Below are positions 16,611 to 26,664 of a stretch of DNA of 41,926 bases, piece by piece; positions within the stretch are counted from its first letter, which is position 1; each line of letters opens with the position of its first letter. The notes under the pieces were generated by a model. It was not told the origin of the DNA, did no database searches, and was given only the letters and a program-made list of their open reading frames with translations. Source of the DNA: a virus. Where the stretch lies: UHGV virus genome UHGV-0116964; one strand, 5' to 3'. Both the position numbers and the translations under genes were made by a program.

Positions 16611-16726
16611 ATTTCCGGCTCACGGTAATCATCCGCTACGTGCTTTGTTGATAAATCCAACCCGTGAAGCCTGAGCCTATTTCCCCTCATACCTGAGAGG
16701 ACTCACAGCAATTAAGAGGGGGCTAA

Positions 16727-17113
16727 ATGTCCGATCCAATTTCCGGTACTGGGCTGGCTGGTGGTGCCCTGACGGGTGCCAGTGTTTATGGACTGCTGAC
16801 CGGAACTGATTACGGCGTTGTATTTGGCGCATTTGCAGGGGCTGTATTCTACATAGCAACAGCAGCGGATCTGAGCGCATCGCGCCGACTGGCATATTTT
16901 ATCGTGTCGTATATTGCCGGGATCCTTTGCTCTGGGTTGGTTGGCTCCAAGCTGGCAAGCTTGACCGGATACAGTGATAAACCTCTGGATGCCATTGGTG
17001 CCGTAATCGTATCTGCTTTAGCCGTTAAGATCCTGACGTTCCTGAATAATCAGGATATCGGGTCGCTGGTGGCGCTCATAACGCGCCGGGGAGGTTCAGG
17101 TGGAGCTAAATGA
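16727..17113 (+). CDS. Holin (multi-TM, Gly/Ala-rich)
   Basis: 128 aa; AGAGGGGG SD; first gene of the lysis cassette. Confidence 0.6.
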   Translation: MSDPISGTGLAGGALTGASVYGLLTGTDYGVVFGAFAGAVFYIATAADLSASRRLAYFIVSYIAGILCSGLVGSKLASLTGYSDKPLDAIGAVIVSALAVKILTFLNNQDIGSLVALITRRGGSGGAK

Positions 17114-17381
17114 CCCGACAGCAACTATAAACGCGCTGTTATGTGCTTGTGTTGTTATTACTCTGATGTTTTATCGTCGTGGTGATTCGCGGCATCGTCC
17201 TTGGGTTTCACGTTTAGCCTGGCTGATTACTGTTACATACAGTGCTGTTCCGTTGGCCTATCTCTGTGGGATTTATCCCCATTCCTCATGGCCCATTATC
17301 GTGGCGAATACTATTTTTCTTTCCGTGCTGGTGGCCGTCAGAGGCAACGTTGCACGCCTGGTTGATCATCTGAGGCACTAA
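17100..17381 (+). CDS. Second holin-like / antiholin membrane protein
   Basis: 93 aa with 2-3 hydrophobic helices, between holin and endolysin. Confidence 0.5.
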   Translation: MELNDPTATINALLCACVVITLMFYRRGDSRHRPWVSRLAWLITVTYSAVPLAYLCGIYPHSSWPIIVANTIFLSVLVAVRGNVARLVDHLRH

Positions 17382-17995
17382 TGAACCAACAATTATTTCA
17401 AAAGGCGGCTGGTATCAGCGCCGGACTGGCTGTGCGCTGGTTTCAACCAGTAGATGCAGCGATGAAAGAATTCGGCATTACAGCACCCGCGGATCAGGCC
17501 ATGTTCATCGCTCAGGTAGGTCATGAGTCTGGTGGCTTTAGCGCTGTAGTTGAAAATTTGAACTACACACCATCTGCGCTGGTGGCGACGTTCGGAAAGA
17601 GGATCACACAGCAGCAGGCTGATGCCCTTGGCAGAACATCCGGACATGCAGCTCGTCAGGATGCTATTGCCAATCTGGTGTATAGCAACCGCCTGGGTAA
17701 CAAAGCGCCCGGCGACGGCTGGAAATATCGCGGCAGAGGGTTAATTCAAATCACTGGCCTCGACAATTATCGCACCTGCGGGGCTGCTCTGAAGTTAGAT
17801 TTGGTGACTTCACCTGAACAACTGGAACAGGAACTACAGGCTGCGCGCTCAGCTGCATGGTTCTACACCTCTAAAGGCTGCATGATCTACGGTGCCGATA
17901 TTAATCGTGTTACTCGCATCATTAACGGCGGTCTGAACGGTATTGAGGATCGTAAGGTCCGATACAACAAGGCGCGGGCGGCGCTGCTGGTATGA
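17381..17995 (+). CDS. Endolysin, glycoside hydrolase family 19-like
   Basis: 204 aa; FIAQVGHESGGF...YRGRGLIQITG...INGGLNG motifs typical of GH19 phage lysozymes. Confidence 0.8.
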   Translation: MNQQLFQKAAGISAGLAVRWFQPVDAAMKEFGITAPADQAMFIAQVGHESGGFSAVVENLNYTPSALVATFGKRITQQQADALGRTSGHAARQDAIANLVYSNRLGNKAPGDGWKYRGRGLIQITGLDNYRTCGAALKLDLVTSPEQLEQELQAARSAAWFYTSKGCMIYGADINRVTRIINGGLNGIEDRKVRYNKARAALLV

Positions 17996-18384
17996 AGATG
18001 AGTTATTGGGCGCTTATTTTAACGTTTATTGCTTGTATTGCTGGTGGTCTTGTCTGGTCAGCGAATCATTACCATGGAAAGTTTCTGGAGGAACAGCGGC
18101 GCGCTGACGATGCAGAACAGCGCGCTGATTCCTTTGAGACCATCACCGCGAATGTCCTGCGCACCGTAGCAATAACGAACATCATTCTGGAGACAAATCA
18201 ATATGCCAGGCAGCAGATCGCACTGGAGTCACAGAGAACCGAGAACGATATCAAGGCTGCTGTTGCGGATGATGATTGTGCTGTTCGTTTTGTGCCTTCT
18301 GGCGCAGTTAAGCGGCTGCACGACTACGCGAACGGTCTACGTTCCAGTTCCGGTGGTTCCGTTACCAGCCAACCTGACGGCTGA
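17992..18384 (+). CDS. Rz-like i-spanin
   Basis: 130 aa; N-terminal TM helix, then a charged coiled-coil region. Confidence 0.7.
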   Translation: MKMSYWALILTFIACIAGGLVWSANHYHGKFLEEQRRADDAEQRADSFETITANVLRTVAITNIILETNQYARQQIALESQRTENDIKAAVADDDCAVRFVPSGAVKRLHDYANGLRSSSGGSVTSQPDG

Positions 18385-18547
18385 AACACCCCAGCCAGAT
18401 TTACCCGATCCGTTTACGTGGGGAGCAAGCCTTAACCTGAATGTTGCGTTGTTGTCAGCGTTAGCACAGTGCAACAGGGATAAGGCTGATATCAGGACTT
18501 TCGAGAACAACAGGGCAGGACAAACAGATGGCACGATTAAACGTTGA
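18269..18547 (+). CDS. Rz1-like o-spanin lipoprotein, nested in Rz in another frame
   Basis: Internal ATG of track ORF 18203..18547; MMIVLFVLCLLAQLSGC lipobox; proline-rich. Confidence 0.7.
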   Translation: MMIVLFVLCLLAQLSGCTTTRTVYVPVPVVPLPANLTAETPQPDLPDPFTWGASLNLNVALLSALAQCNRDKADIRTFENNRAGQTDGTIKR

Positions 18548-18713
18548 AGTTATCCCACCAGACAGCGAGGTGCTGAACGGGATTTTTGCAGAGATTGAGC
18601 GCAAATATGCGCGTCAGCCGCTGACGCCAAAAGTAATTGATGAAATGCAACGCGAAGCGACGCGCCTTGTACGGCGAATGATAACCACAAAGGTTACGTT
18701 CGTCCGGGACTGA
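18528..18713 (+). CDS. Hypothetical small protein
   Basis: Track ORF; weak SD. Confidence 0.35.
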   Translation: MARLNVEVIPPDSEVLNGIFAEIERKYARQPLTPKVIDEMQREATRLVRRMITTKVTFVRD

Positions 18714-18767
18714 CATTACAGAAGCCCTTCACTGAGGGGCTTCGATAATGGAGCACTGGGATTATTC

Positions 18768-19388
18768 ATGAACAGACCACACCCACCAGCGCATTTTACG
18801 ATGCCACCTGACCCGAAGCCTTACATCAGCATAATGCCCGCCATTGACGTTGGCGAGTGGCTGAATCAGCACATCCTGAGCGATGAGGGTGACCTCTACA
18901 ACCCTGACCACCAGCATTTGCTTGAAGCGGATCTGTGCTTTCTCTGGGCGTCGAACACTTTCGAGAAGAAAGGGCGGTCCGTGCTGGGGCAGGCGGAAGA
19001 AGTGGCAATGCGGGCTGGAGGCTGGCAGAAAGCGCGGATGGAGCAGCAGATGTATGAATGGTTCGGCAGGGTGCCGCAGTTCATCATCACGCTGGCCGCC
19101 GATTACTGCTCGCAATGTTCCGATCTGGAATTCTGCGCGCTGATAGAGCACGAGCTTTATCACATCTGCCAAGCGACAGATGAATTTGGTGTGCCGAAGT
19201 TCACGCAGGAAGGGCAGCCAAAGCTGAAGCTGCGCGGCCATGACGTGGAAGAGTTTGTGGGCGTGGTTCGCCGTTACGGTGCGAGCCGTGATGTGCAGGA
19301 AATGATTGATGCGGCGAATCAGCCAGCGGAGGTTGCTCATCTCGATATTGCCAGAGCTTGCGGGACGTGCATGCTGCGACTGGCTTAA
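18768..19388 (+). CDS. Putative HExxH metallopeptidase-like phage protein
   Basis: 206 aa; IEHELYHI contains HExxH; cysteine pairs (CSQC, CGTC). Confidence 0.45.
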   Translation: MNRPHPPAHFTMPPDPKPYISIMPAIDVGEWLNQHILSDEGDLYNPDHQHLLEADLCFLWASNTFEKKGRSVLGQAEEVAMRAGGWQKARMEQQMYEWFGRVPQFIITLAADYCSQCSDLEFCALIEHELYHICQATDEFGVPKFTQEGQPKLKLRGHDVEEFVGVVRRYGASRDVQEMIDAANQPAEVAHLDIARACGTCMLRLA

Positions 19389-19418
19389 AACTGGACTGAA
19401 TAAGACGAATGGTGATTT

Positions 19419-19892
19419 ATGGCTGCATTAAAACCTGATGTGAAAGCCTTCATCATTCAGTCGCTTGCGTGCTATGACACGCCGACGCAGGTGGTTGAGG
19501 CTGTCCAAAAAGAATTCGGGATCAAGATCACCCGCCAGCAGGCTGAATCTCACGACCCCACGAAGGCCAGCGGTAAGACGCTCGCCAAAAAGTGGATCGA
19601 GATGTTCCACGCTACGCGCGAACGGTTCCTGACCGAAACCAGCGACATTCCGATCGCGAACAAATCCTATCGCCTCCGCGTGCTTGACCGCATGGCAACC
19701 AAAACCGAGGGGATGAAAAACTTCTCCCTGACGGCGCAGCTGATTGAACAGGCCGCGAAAGAGGTTGGCGACGCTTACACCAATAAGCTGAAGGTTGAAA
19801 GCACTGGCAAGGATGGCGGCCCGATCAAGACCGAGACGACCAACCTCACCGCAGATCAGGCCGCAGAGATTTACCGCAAGATGATGGGGTGA
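19419..19892 (+). CDS. Putative terminase small subunit
   Basis: 157 aa; immediately upstream of the large terminase; family not confirmed. Confidence 0.45.
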   Translation: MAALKPDVKAFIIQSLACYDTPTQVVEAVQKEFGIKITRQQAESHDPTKASGKTLAKKWIEMFHATRERFLTETSDIPIANKSYRLRVLDRMATKTEGMKNFSLTAQLIEQAAKEVGDAYTNKLKVESTGKDGGPIKTETTNLTADQAAEIYRKMMG

Positions 19893-19917
19893 TAGCCGCA
19901 TGTTGCGGCTATGGATT

Positions 19918-20130
19918 CTAGGCTTGTTTTGGTCGAGTAATACGGCCAAGAGCTTTAATTGCAGCGACTTTGACGTTGTGATTTAGATCCGAAGATAAAT
20001 CAAGTAAGCGATTTACATGAGCTGGCGTTGCTGAAGCACTCTCGCCGAGAGCATAAATTGCAGACAATTTTACTTCGTTGTTAAGGTCGTTGGTTAATTC
20101 CAACAACTTAGCGCTAACTGCTGGTGTCAT
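19918..20130 (-). CDS. Antisense HEAT-repeat mini-protein (~70 aa)
   Basis: Internal ATG of track ORF 19918..20178; perfect AGGAGG SD 4 nt upstream; two repeats of the form NxxVKxxAIxALGxI (PBS-lyase HEAT-like). Confidence 0.55.
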   Translation of the reverse strand: MTPAVSAKLLELTNDLNNEVKLSAIYALGESASATPAHVNRLLDLSSDLNHNVKVAAIKALGRITRPKQA

Positions 20131-20201
20131 AAAACCTCCTGTAATTGGTACATAAACAATATCAACTTTGTTACGCAAAAACTCAATGCCTGGAATTGTT
20201 T

Positions 20202-21824
20202 ATGCCTCTGCCGTTTGAATTCGATTTCAGAAACCCTGATTACCAGATGGTTTTTGAATGGCGGATGGAGCGCTTACAGCGCATTCGCCAGAACCCTGAA
20301 ATGCTGCCAGCACTAAAGCAGTTTTACCGCACCAACCCGGCACAGTTCATCATCGACTGGGGTATGACTACTGACCCGCGTAACATCGATTATGGCCTGC
20401 CGGTCACAATCCCTTTTCTGCTGTTCCCGAAACAGGAAGAGTGGATTCACTGGATCATTGAGCGGCGCGAACGACTGGAGAACGGCATCACCGAAAAGAG
20501 CCGCGAAATGGGGCTCAGTTGGACCGCGATCGGGCTGGCCTGCTCGCTTTGTCTCTTCAACAAAGAAATGGTTATCGGTTTCGGCTCCCGTAAAGAGGAA
20601 TACGTCGACAGCACCGGTGACCCGAAGGCGCTGTTCTGGAAGGCGCGAAAGTTCGTGGAAACACTGCCCATCGAGTTTCGTGGTTCGTGGGACGAGAAGA
20701 AGCATGCGCCGTATATGCGCGTTGAGTTTCCAGATACTGGCGCGGTTATCAAAGGCGAGGCTGGCGACAATATCGGACGTGGTGACCGTACCACGCTCTA
20801 CCTGGTGGATGAAGCTGCATTCCTCCAGCGTCCTCTGTTGATTGATGCGGCGCTGTCGCAAACCACCCGTTGCCGTATTGACCTGAGCTCGGTTAATGGC
20901 ATGGCGAACCCGTTCGCGCAGAAGCGCCACGGCGGAAAAATACCAGTATTCACGTTCCACTGGCGAGATGACCCGCGCAAGGATGAAGAGTGGTATCGCA
21001 GGGAGTGCGAGAAAATCGACAATCCGGTGGTGGTGGCGCAGGAACTTGACCTGAACTACAGCGCATCTGCGGAAGGCGTCCTGATCCCGTCCGACTGGGT
21101 ACAGGCTGCCGTCGACGCGCATATCAAACTTGGTATTCAGCCAACGGGCAAGCGACTGGGCGCGATGGACGTCGCCGACGAAGGCCGGGACAAAAATGCC
21201 TTTTCGACCCGTCACGGCTTCCTTCTGGAGAACGTGCGTGAATGGTCCGGCGTTGGCAGCGACATTTACCAGTCTGTTGAGAAGGTCTTCGGCTTTTGCG
21301 AACAGGACAACCTCGAAGAGTTTCGCTTCGACGAGGACGGCCTGGGTGCTGGCGTTCGCGGCGATGCGCGCGCCATCAACGAACTGCGTTACGCAGCGCG
21401 CCGACCGTCAATACTCGCCACACCGTTTCGTGGTAGCGGCGCGGTATTTGATCCGGACGATGAAGCGGTGCGCGGGGACAACGGACAGGCCGCACGCCTG
21501 AACAAGGACTTCTTCGCCAACGCCAAGGCCCAGAGCTGGTGGTGGCTACGCAAGCTTTTCCAGAACACCTATCGCGCCGTGGTTGAGGGCATGGCCTACA
21601 ACCCGGACGAAATCATCTCAATCAGCAGCGCCATGGCGAGCAAAGACAAACTCATCATTGAGCTGTCGCAGCCGACCTACTCCATTAATGGCGTGGGGAA
21701 AATCGTTGTTGATAAACAGCCTGATGGCACCAAGTCGCCGAACCTCGCCGACTCGGTGATGATCAGCTACGCGCCAATGAATTCAGCCCTGAACATCTGG
21801 GAGCTGCTAGGGAGACAGGCCTGA
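20202..21824 (+). CDS. Terminase large subunit
   Basis: Track ORF 20145..21824 (TTG); ATG at 20202; YLVDEAAF Walker-B-like and DVADEGRD nuclease-like motifs; precedes portal. Confidence 0.7.
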   Translation: MPLPFEFDFRNPDYQMVFEWRMERLQRIRQNPEMLPALKQFYRTNPAQFIIDWGMTTDPRNIDYGLPVTIPFLLFPKQEEWIHWIIERRERLENGITEKSREMGLSWTAIGLACSLCLFNKEMVIGFGSRKEEYVDSTGDPKALFWKARKFVETLPIEFRGSWDEKKHAPYMRVEFPDTGAVIKGEAGDNIGRGDRTTLYLVDEAAFLQRPLLIDAALSQTTRCRIDLSSVNGMANPFAQKRHGGKIPVFTFHWRDDPRKDEEWYRRECEKIDNPVVVAQELDLNYSASAEGVLIPSDWVQAAVDAHIKLGIQPTGKRLGAMDVADEGRDKNAFSTRHGFLLENVREWSGVGSDIYQSVEKVFGFCEQDNLEEFRFDEDGLGAGVRGDARAINELRYAARRPSILATPFRGSGAVFDPDDEAVRGDNGQAARLNKDFFANAKAQSWWWLRKLFQNTYRAVVEGMAYNPDEIISISSAMASKDKLIIELSQPTYSINGVGKIVVDKQPDGTKSPNLADSVMISYAPMNSALNIWELLGRQA

Positions 21825-23293
21825 TGGCACGAAACAAACAAGCCCTGCGGCGAACGGCACAGGCCACCGCTGACGGCTACGAGAACTTCGTCGCCCGCGT
21901 TGGGATGCAGACGCCTAACCAGCATTCAGCATCGACCTACCGGGCGAACTTCACCAGCCGCAACCGCATGCTGGTGGAATGGTCATATCGCGGTTCGTGG
22001 GTTATCGGTGAAGCGGTCGACGCTATCCCGGACGATATGACCCGAAAGGGCATTCGCATCACTTCGGAGATTGACGCCAAAGACCGTGGCACCCTCGAAG
22101 CGCAACTGGATGAGTTGCAGATCTGGGATGCGCTGAACGACGTGCTGAAATGGTCGCGCCTCTACGGCGGCGCGGTCGGCTTCATCATGATCGAGGGGCA
22201 AGCACCAATGACCCCGCTGCGACTCGAAACCATTGGCGAGGGCAAGTTTAAGGGCATTCTCCCGCTCGACCGCTGGATGATTAACCCGGTGCTGACACGC
22301 CGCATTAAAGAGATGGGGCCGGACCTCGGCAAGCCTGAGTTTTACGACGTGGTGACCACCGCAACGGGCATTCCGGCCTGGCGCATCCATCACAGCCGCC
22401 TGATCCGCTTTGATGGCGTCACGCTGCCATTCCAGCAGAAGATGACCGAAAACGAATGGGGAATGTCGGTTGTAGAGCGTATCTGGGATCGGCTTACTGC
22501 GTTCGATAGCGCTACTGTCGGCGCGGCGCAGCTGGTCTATAAAGCGCATCTGCGTACCTATAGCGTGGAGAAGTTGCGCGAGCTTATCGCGCTTGGAGGC
22601 CCGGCGTTCGAAGCGTTGCTGAAGAACATCGACCTGATCCGCCAGTTCCAGAGCAATGAAGGTATGACGCTCATGGACTCGCGGGATAAGTTCGAAACCC
22701 ACCAGTACAGCTTTAGTGGTCTGGATGACATTCTTTCGCAGTTTGCTGAGCAGATCAGCGGTGCCGTTGGTATCCCGCTGGTACGCCTGTTCGGTCAATC
22801 CCCGAAAGGCTTCTCTACTGGTGATGCAGACCTCGCCAACTATTACGACCGGGTGAGCTCATTGCAGGAGCGCCGCTTACGACTGCCGATGCGCCGGATA
22901 CTGGACATTATGCACCGCTCGGAACTCGGAAAGCCGCTGCCGGACGATTTCACGTTTGAGTTTAACCCGCTATGGCAAATGTCAGACGTTGACCGATCAA
23001 CGGTGGCCGTAAACACCACCAACGCGATCAGTACCGCGCTGGGCGACGGATTGATGACGCGTAAGGCGGCGATGACCGACCTGCGCGAAAACTCTGACGT
23101 CACCGGCATCGGGGCATCCATTACCGACGAGGATATCGAGAATGCCGAAGACGAAGCGCCGCCAGGCATCGGCGAACTTGGCGACAAACCGCCAGAGCCG
23201 CCAGGCGGAGATCCGATATCGAACGAGCCTACGGCAGATAGCGCGGGCGGTCGGGGATATCGTAAATGGTCGCTACGATGGTTCAAACGATAG
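21824..23293 (+). CDS. Portal protein
   Basis: 489 aa; position after the terminase; acidic C-terminus. Confidence 0.7.
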   Translation: MARNKQALRRTAQATADGYENFVARVGMQTPNQHSASTYRANFTSRNRMLVEWSYRGSWVIGEAVDAIPDDMTRKGIRITSEIDAKDRGTLEAQLDELQIWDALNDVLKWSRLYGGAVGFIMIEGQAPMTPLRLETIGEGKFKGILPLDRWMINPVLTRRIKEMGPDLGKPEFYDVVTTATGIPAWRIHHSRLIRFDGVTLPFQQKMTENEWGMSVVERIWDRLTAFDSATVGAAQLVYKAHLRTYSVEKLRELIALGGPAFEALLKNIDLIRQFQSNEGMTLMDSRDKFETHQYSFSGLDDILSQFAEQISGAVGIPLVRLFGQSPKGFSTGDADLANYYDRVSSLQERRLRLPMRRILDIMHRSELGKPLPDDFTFEFNPLWQMSDVDRSTVAVNTTNAISTALGDGLMTRKAAMTDLRENSDVTGIGASITDEDIENAEDEAPPGIGELGDKPPEPPGGDPISNEPTADSAGGRGYRKWSLRWFKR

Positions 23294-23915
23294 CGTCACC
23301 GAAATAATGGATGCGCTGGAGCGCTACAGCGAAATCATCACCCCCTGGGCGACTAAGGTTGCTGAGAGCTTCACCGCCGACATTGCGCGCCAGAATGAAA
23401 AGCAGTGGCGTCAGCACAGCCGGAACATCAGCGCAGAGCTGCGCAACATGGTTGACCGCGCCCCGGTAGGCCAGGTGATGAAATCCATCGTTGCCGAGCA
23501 AATTAAGTACATTAAATCGCTGCCTCTTGAGGCCGCCGATCGGGTGTATGACATTCAGAACAAAGCCATCGAGGCTGTTGTGACTGGTGGCCGCGCTGAG
23601 CCATTCGCGAAAGAGATAGCTGCGTCCGGTGACGTGTCACGCTCGCGAGCGAACCTTATCGCCCGTACCGAGCTTGGACGCGCAACCGGCGCGCTCGATC
23701 AGGCGCGTGCGCTGTCAATCGGCTCGAATGGTTATATCTGGCGTACAGCCGAAGATGGCGACGTCCGGCATTCTCATCGGGAGATGGAAGGTAAGTTTGT
23801 CGAATGGGGCCGACCTCCAACGCTTGACGGTATGACCGGTCACGCTGGTGAGCTGCCGAACTGCCGCTGTTACAAAGAAATCGTCTTCCCCAACCCTCAT
23901 TCTTATCTCGCCTGA
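23142..23915 (+). CDS. Head morphogenesis protein (Mu F / SPP1 gp7 family)
   Basis: RTELGRATGALDQARALSIGSNGYIWRTAEDGDVRHSHREMEGKFVEWG motif; start may instead be the ATG at 23307, avoiding a 150-bp overlap with portal. Confidence 0.7.
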   Translation: MPKTKRRQASANLATNRQSRQAEIRYRTSLRQIARAVGDIVNGRYDGSNDSVTEIMDALERYSEIITPWATKVAESFTADIARQNEKQWRQHSRNISAELRNMVDRAPVGQVMKSIVAEQIKYIKSLPLEAADRVYDIQNKAIEAVVTGGRAEPFAKEIAASGDVSRSRANLIARTELGRATGALDQARALSIGSNGYIWRTAEDGDVRHSHREMEGKFVEWGRPPTLDGMTGHAGELPNCRCYKEIVFPNPHSYLA

Positions 23916-23929
23916 ATCGCAGGTAAACC

Positions 23930-25162
23930 ATGAAATATTTTTTCAATACCCGGCTGGGGGAAACCCGCTATCAGCTGGCTGACGGCTCGCTGTTGTGTAA
24001 AGACGTGCCGATAGGTCGAACGGGTAAGCAGCTCTACGGCGCTGCCGATCTGCCAAACCTCAAACCCGACAAGCTCGGTGAGATAGTCGTAACGCGTTCT
24101 CCTGAGCAGGTATTCCATCCGGCCACGCTCGCCTCATTCGAAGGGATGAGCATCACGATCCTGCATCCTGAAGATGAAAACGGGAATGTGCGGCTGGTAA
24201 ATCCCGAGAACTGGAAAGAGCTTGCGGTCGGGCATTTTCAGAACGTTCGGCGCGGGACTGGTGACCAGTCTGATTTGATGCTGGCAGACCTTATCGTCAA
24301 AGACGAAAGCGCCATTCAGCTTATCGAAGATGGTCTGCGCGAAGTGTCGTGCGGCTATGACGCGGAGTACGAGCAGACCGAGCCAGGTAAAGCCGAGCAG
24401 GTCGATATTACCGGAAACCATGTGGCTCTTGTCCCTAAAGGCAGAGCCGGAAATCGTTGTGCAATTGGAGACAGAGACACAATGGCAAATCAAAAGAAAA
24501 GCTGGTGGACCCGCATGCGCACGGCCATCAAAACGGGTGACGCTGACACCATGAACGAACTGCTGGACTCTGCGCCAGCGGCGGTAACGGGTGACGAAGG
24601 GGATCTGCCGAGCGGCGTTAACCTCAACATTAACCTTTCACCGCAGCAACCATTGCCGGACAAAAAGCCGGAAATGGGCGGAGATCCAACCGGCGACGGC
24701 GAGGACGATATCAAAACCTTGCTCAAAGCCCTGCTGGCTAAGCTCGAAGGAACTGCGACGGGCGATAACGACAATAAGCCTGACGAAAAAGACAAAAAAG
24801 ATCCGACCGGCGACGGCGAGGACGACGAAGAGGAAACCACGATTACCGGTGACTCTGCCTATCGTGCCGAGGTTATCGTCCCGGGTATCGATCTGAGCCG
24901 TAAGGTGAAACCGACCGCGTTCAAACGTGATGTGCTGGCTGCCGCTGACAAAACACTGGTTCGCCAGGTTGTCGGTGATGCGGATATCCGCAAATTGCCC
25001 AAGCAATCGGTAGATATGGCGTTTAACGCCGTGTCAGAGATTGCCAAAGGGCGAAACACCCGCAGCACCACGGGCGATGCACAACGTCCAAATATGGGCA
25101 TGACCAGCATCGCTTCCCTGAACAAACAAAACGCCGACTTCTGGTCTAACCGCAAAGGATAA
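23930..25162 (+). CDS. Scaffold/prohead-protease-like protein with acidic tandem repeats
   Basis: 410 aa; DPTGDGEDD peptide repeat; position between Mu F-like and capsid genes. Confidence 0.45.
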   Translation: MKYFFNTRLGETRYQLADGSLLCKDVPIGRTGKQLYGAADLPNLKPDKLGEIVVTRSPEQVFHPATLASFEGMSITILHPEDENGNVRLVNPENWKELAVGHFQNVRRGTGDQSDLMLADLIVKDESAIQLIEDGLREVSCGYDAEYEQTEPGKAEQVDITGNHVALVPKGRAGNRCAIGDRDTMANQKKSWWTRMRTAIKTGDADTMNELLDSAPAAVTGDEGDLPSGVNLNINLSPQQPLPDKKPEMGGDPTGDGEDDIKTLLKALLAKLEGTATGDNDNKPDEKDKKDPTGDGEDDEEETTITGDSAYRAEVIVPGIDLSRKVKPTAFKRDVLAAADKTLVRQVVGDADIRKLPKQSVDMAFNAVSEIAKGRNTRSTTGDAQRPNMGMTSIASLNKQNADFWSNRKG

Positions 25163-25166
25163 TCCA

Positions 25167-25670
25167 ATGACTGCATATCTGTACCGGATGCCTGTTGGCA
25201 TTGCCGGGGCTATCTCTCGCCCGCAGGACTTAACCGTCGAACCGGTGATCCTTAAATCCGCTAACGCCTTCGCTGCCTATGGTCTGGCTGGCAAATATGA
25301 CGCTGACGGCTTTTTCGTGCCGCTGGCGGACGGTGACACCGCCGACAAGGTGAAGGGGATCTACGTTCGTCCGTATCCGACCACATCGCAGCCAGACATG
25401 GTTCGCCAGGTGGGGACGGATAAGAACTTCCCGGGTGACGCCATGAAGCGTGGCTACATGACCGTTAATCTCGGTTCTGATTTTGATGCCAGCACCATCA
25501 AAAAAGGCGACCCGGTATACGTTGTCGTCTCCACTGATGAATCCATAAAAGTGCCGCTGGGCGGCTTCATGTCCACGTCCGTCAGTGGCAAAAACGTGGC
25601 GCTGACCAACGCCGAATTCACAGGGGCCGGTGACGCTAACGGCAATGTAGAAATCTCCTGGAAGATTTAA
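25167..25670 (+). CDS. Head structural / decoration-like protein
   Basis: 167 aa, immediately upstream of the capsid gene. Confidence 0.45.
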   Translation: MTAYLYRMPVGIAGAISRPQDLTVEPVILKSANAFAAYGLAGKYDADGFFVPLADGDTADKVKGIYVRPYPTTSQPDMVRQVGTDKNFPGDAMKRGYMTVNLGSDFDASTIKKGDPVYVVVSTDESIKVPLGGFMSTSVSGKNVALTNAEFTGAGDANGNVEISWKI

Positions 25671-25681
25671 GGAACAGACAA

Positions 25682-26623
25682 ATGATTACTTTTGATCAGG
25701 CAACCGTAGATAGCTCCGGTGCCTTTCTCATCGGGGAGCTGGAGCGACTCGACCAGACGCTGAACCTGCCTCTGGTGGGGTACACCTGGACCCGAGATAT
25801 TCAACTGCGTGAAGACGTGTCTATCGCAGATGACATTTCCAGCTGGACGAATACCAGCTTCGCCGCTGCGGGTACTGGTGCAAATCCGAATGGTAAAAAC
25901 TGGGTAGGCAAAGACTCCACCGCTATTGCTGGCGTGAACGTGGATATCAGCAAAGACGGCAATCCACTGAACCTCTGGGGTATGGAACTGGGCTGGACCG
26001 TTGTAGAGCTGGCAGCTGCTCAGCAGGTAGGCCGCCCGATTGATACCCAGAAGTACGACGGGATGCAGCTCAAATGGCAGATGGACAACGACGAGCAGGT
26101 TTACATCGGTGATGACGCACTCGGCCTGAAAGGTCTGGCAAACCTCGTCGGTGTGACGCTGAACAACGCGCCGAAGACCTGGGCGAACTCAACCAACGAC
26201 GAGATCCTCGATAGCGTGAACAGCATTCTGTCTAATGCCTGGGCAGCATCCGGTTATTCCATCGTGCCTTCTGATCTGCGCATTCCGCCAGAGCAGTATT
26301 CACTGCTGGCGAGCCGTAAGGTTTCCGAAGCGGGTAACCAGTCACTGCTGACCTATCTGGCTGTGAACACTATCGCTTTCCACCAGAACGGCGTTCCGCT
26401 TGAAATCAAAGCGGTCAAATGGCTGAAAGGGCGTGGGGTTGGCGGTAAAGACCGTATGATCGCCTACACCAACGACAAGAAATACGTGCGCTATCCGCTG
26501 GTGCCGTTGCAGAGCGTTCCTGTCCAGTATCGCGGTCTGTATCAGATTGCGACCTACTACGGCAAGCTCGGTGCGGTTGAGCCAGTGTACAAAGAAACCC
26601 TGTCCTACGTGGACGGTATCTGA
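25682..26623 (+). CDS. Major capsid protein
   Basis: 313 aa; position and size; no fold check possible. Confidence 0.6.
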   Translation: MITFDQATVDSSGAFLIGELERLDQTLNLPLVGYTWTRDIQLREDVSIADDISSWTNTSFAAAGTGANPNGKNWVGKDSTAIAGVNVDISKDGNPLNLWGMELGWTVVELAAAQQVGRPIDTQKYDGMQLKWQMDNDEQVYIGDDALGLKGLANLVGVTLNNAPKTWANSTNDEILDSVNSILSNAWAASGYSIVPSDLRIPPEQYSLLASRKVSEAGNQSLLTYLAVNTIAFHQNGVPLEIKAVKWLKGRGVGGKDRMIAYTNDKKYVRYPLVPLQSVPVQYRGLYQIATYYGKLGAVEPVYKETLSYVDGI

Positions 26624-26664
26624 TAACCAGAACGGCCCCGAAAGGGGCCAGAAGGGAACTGAAA

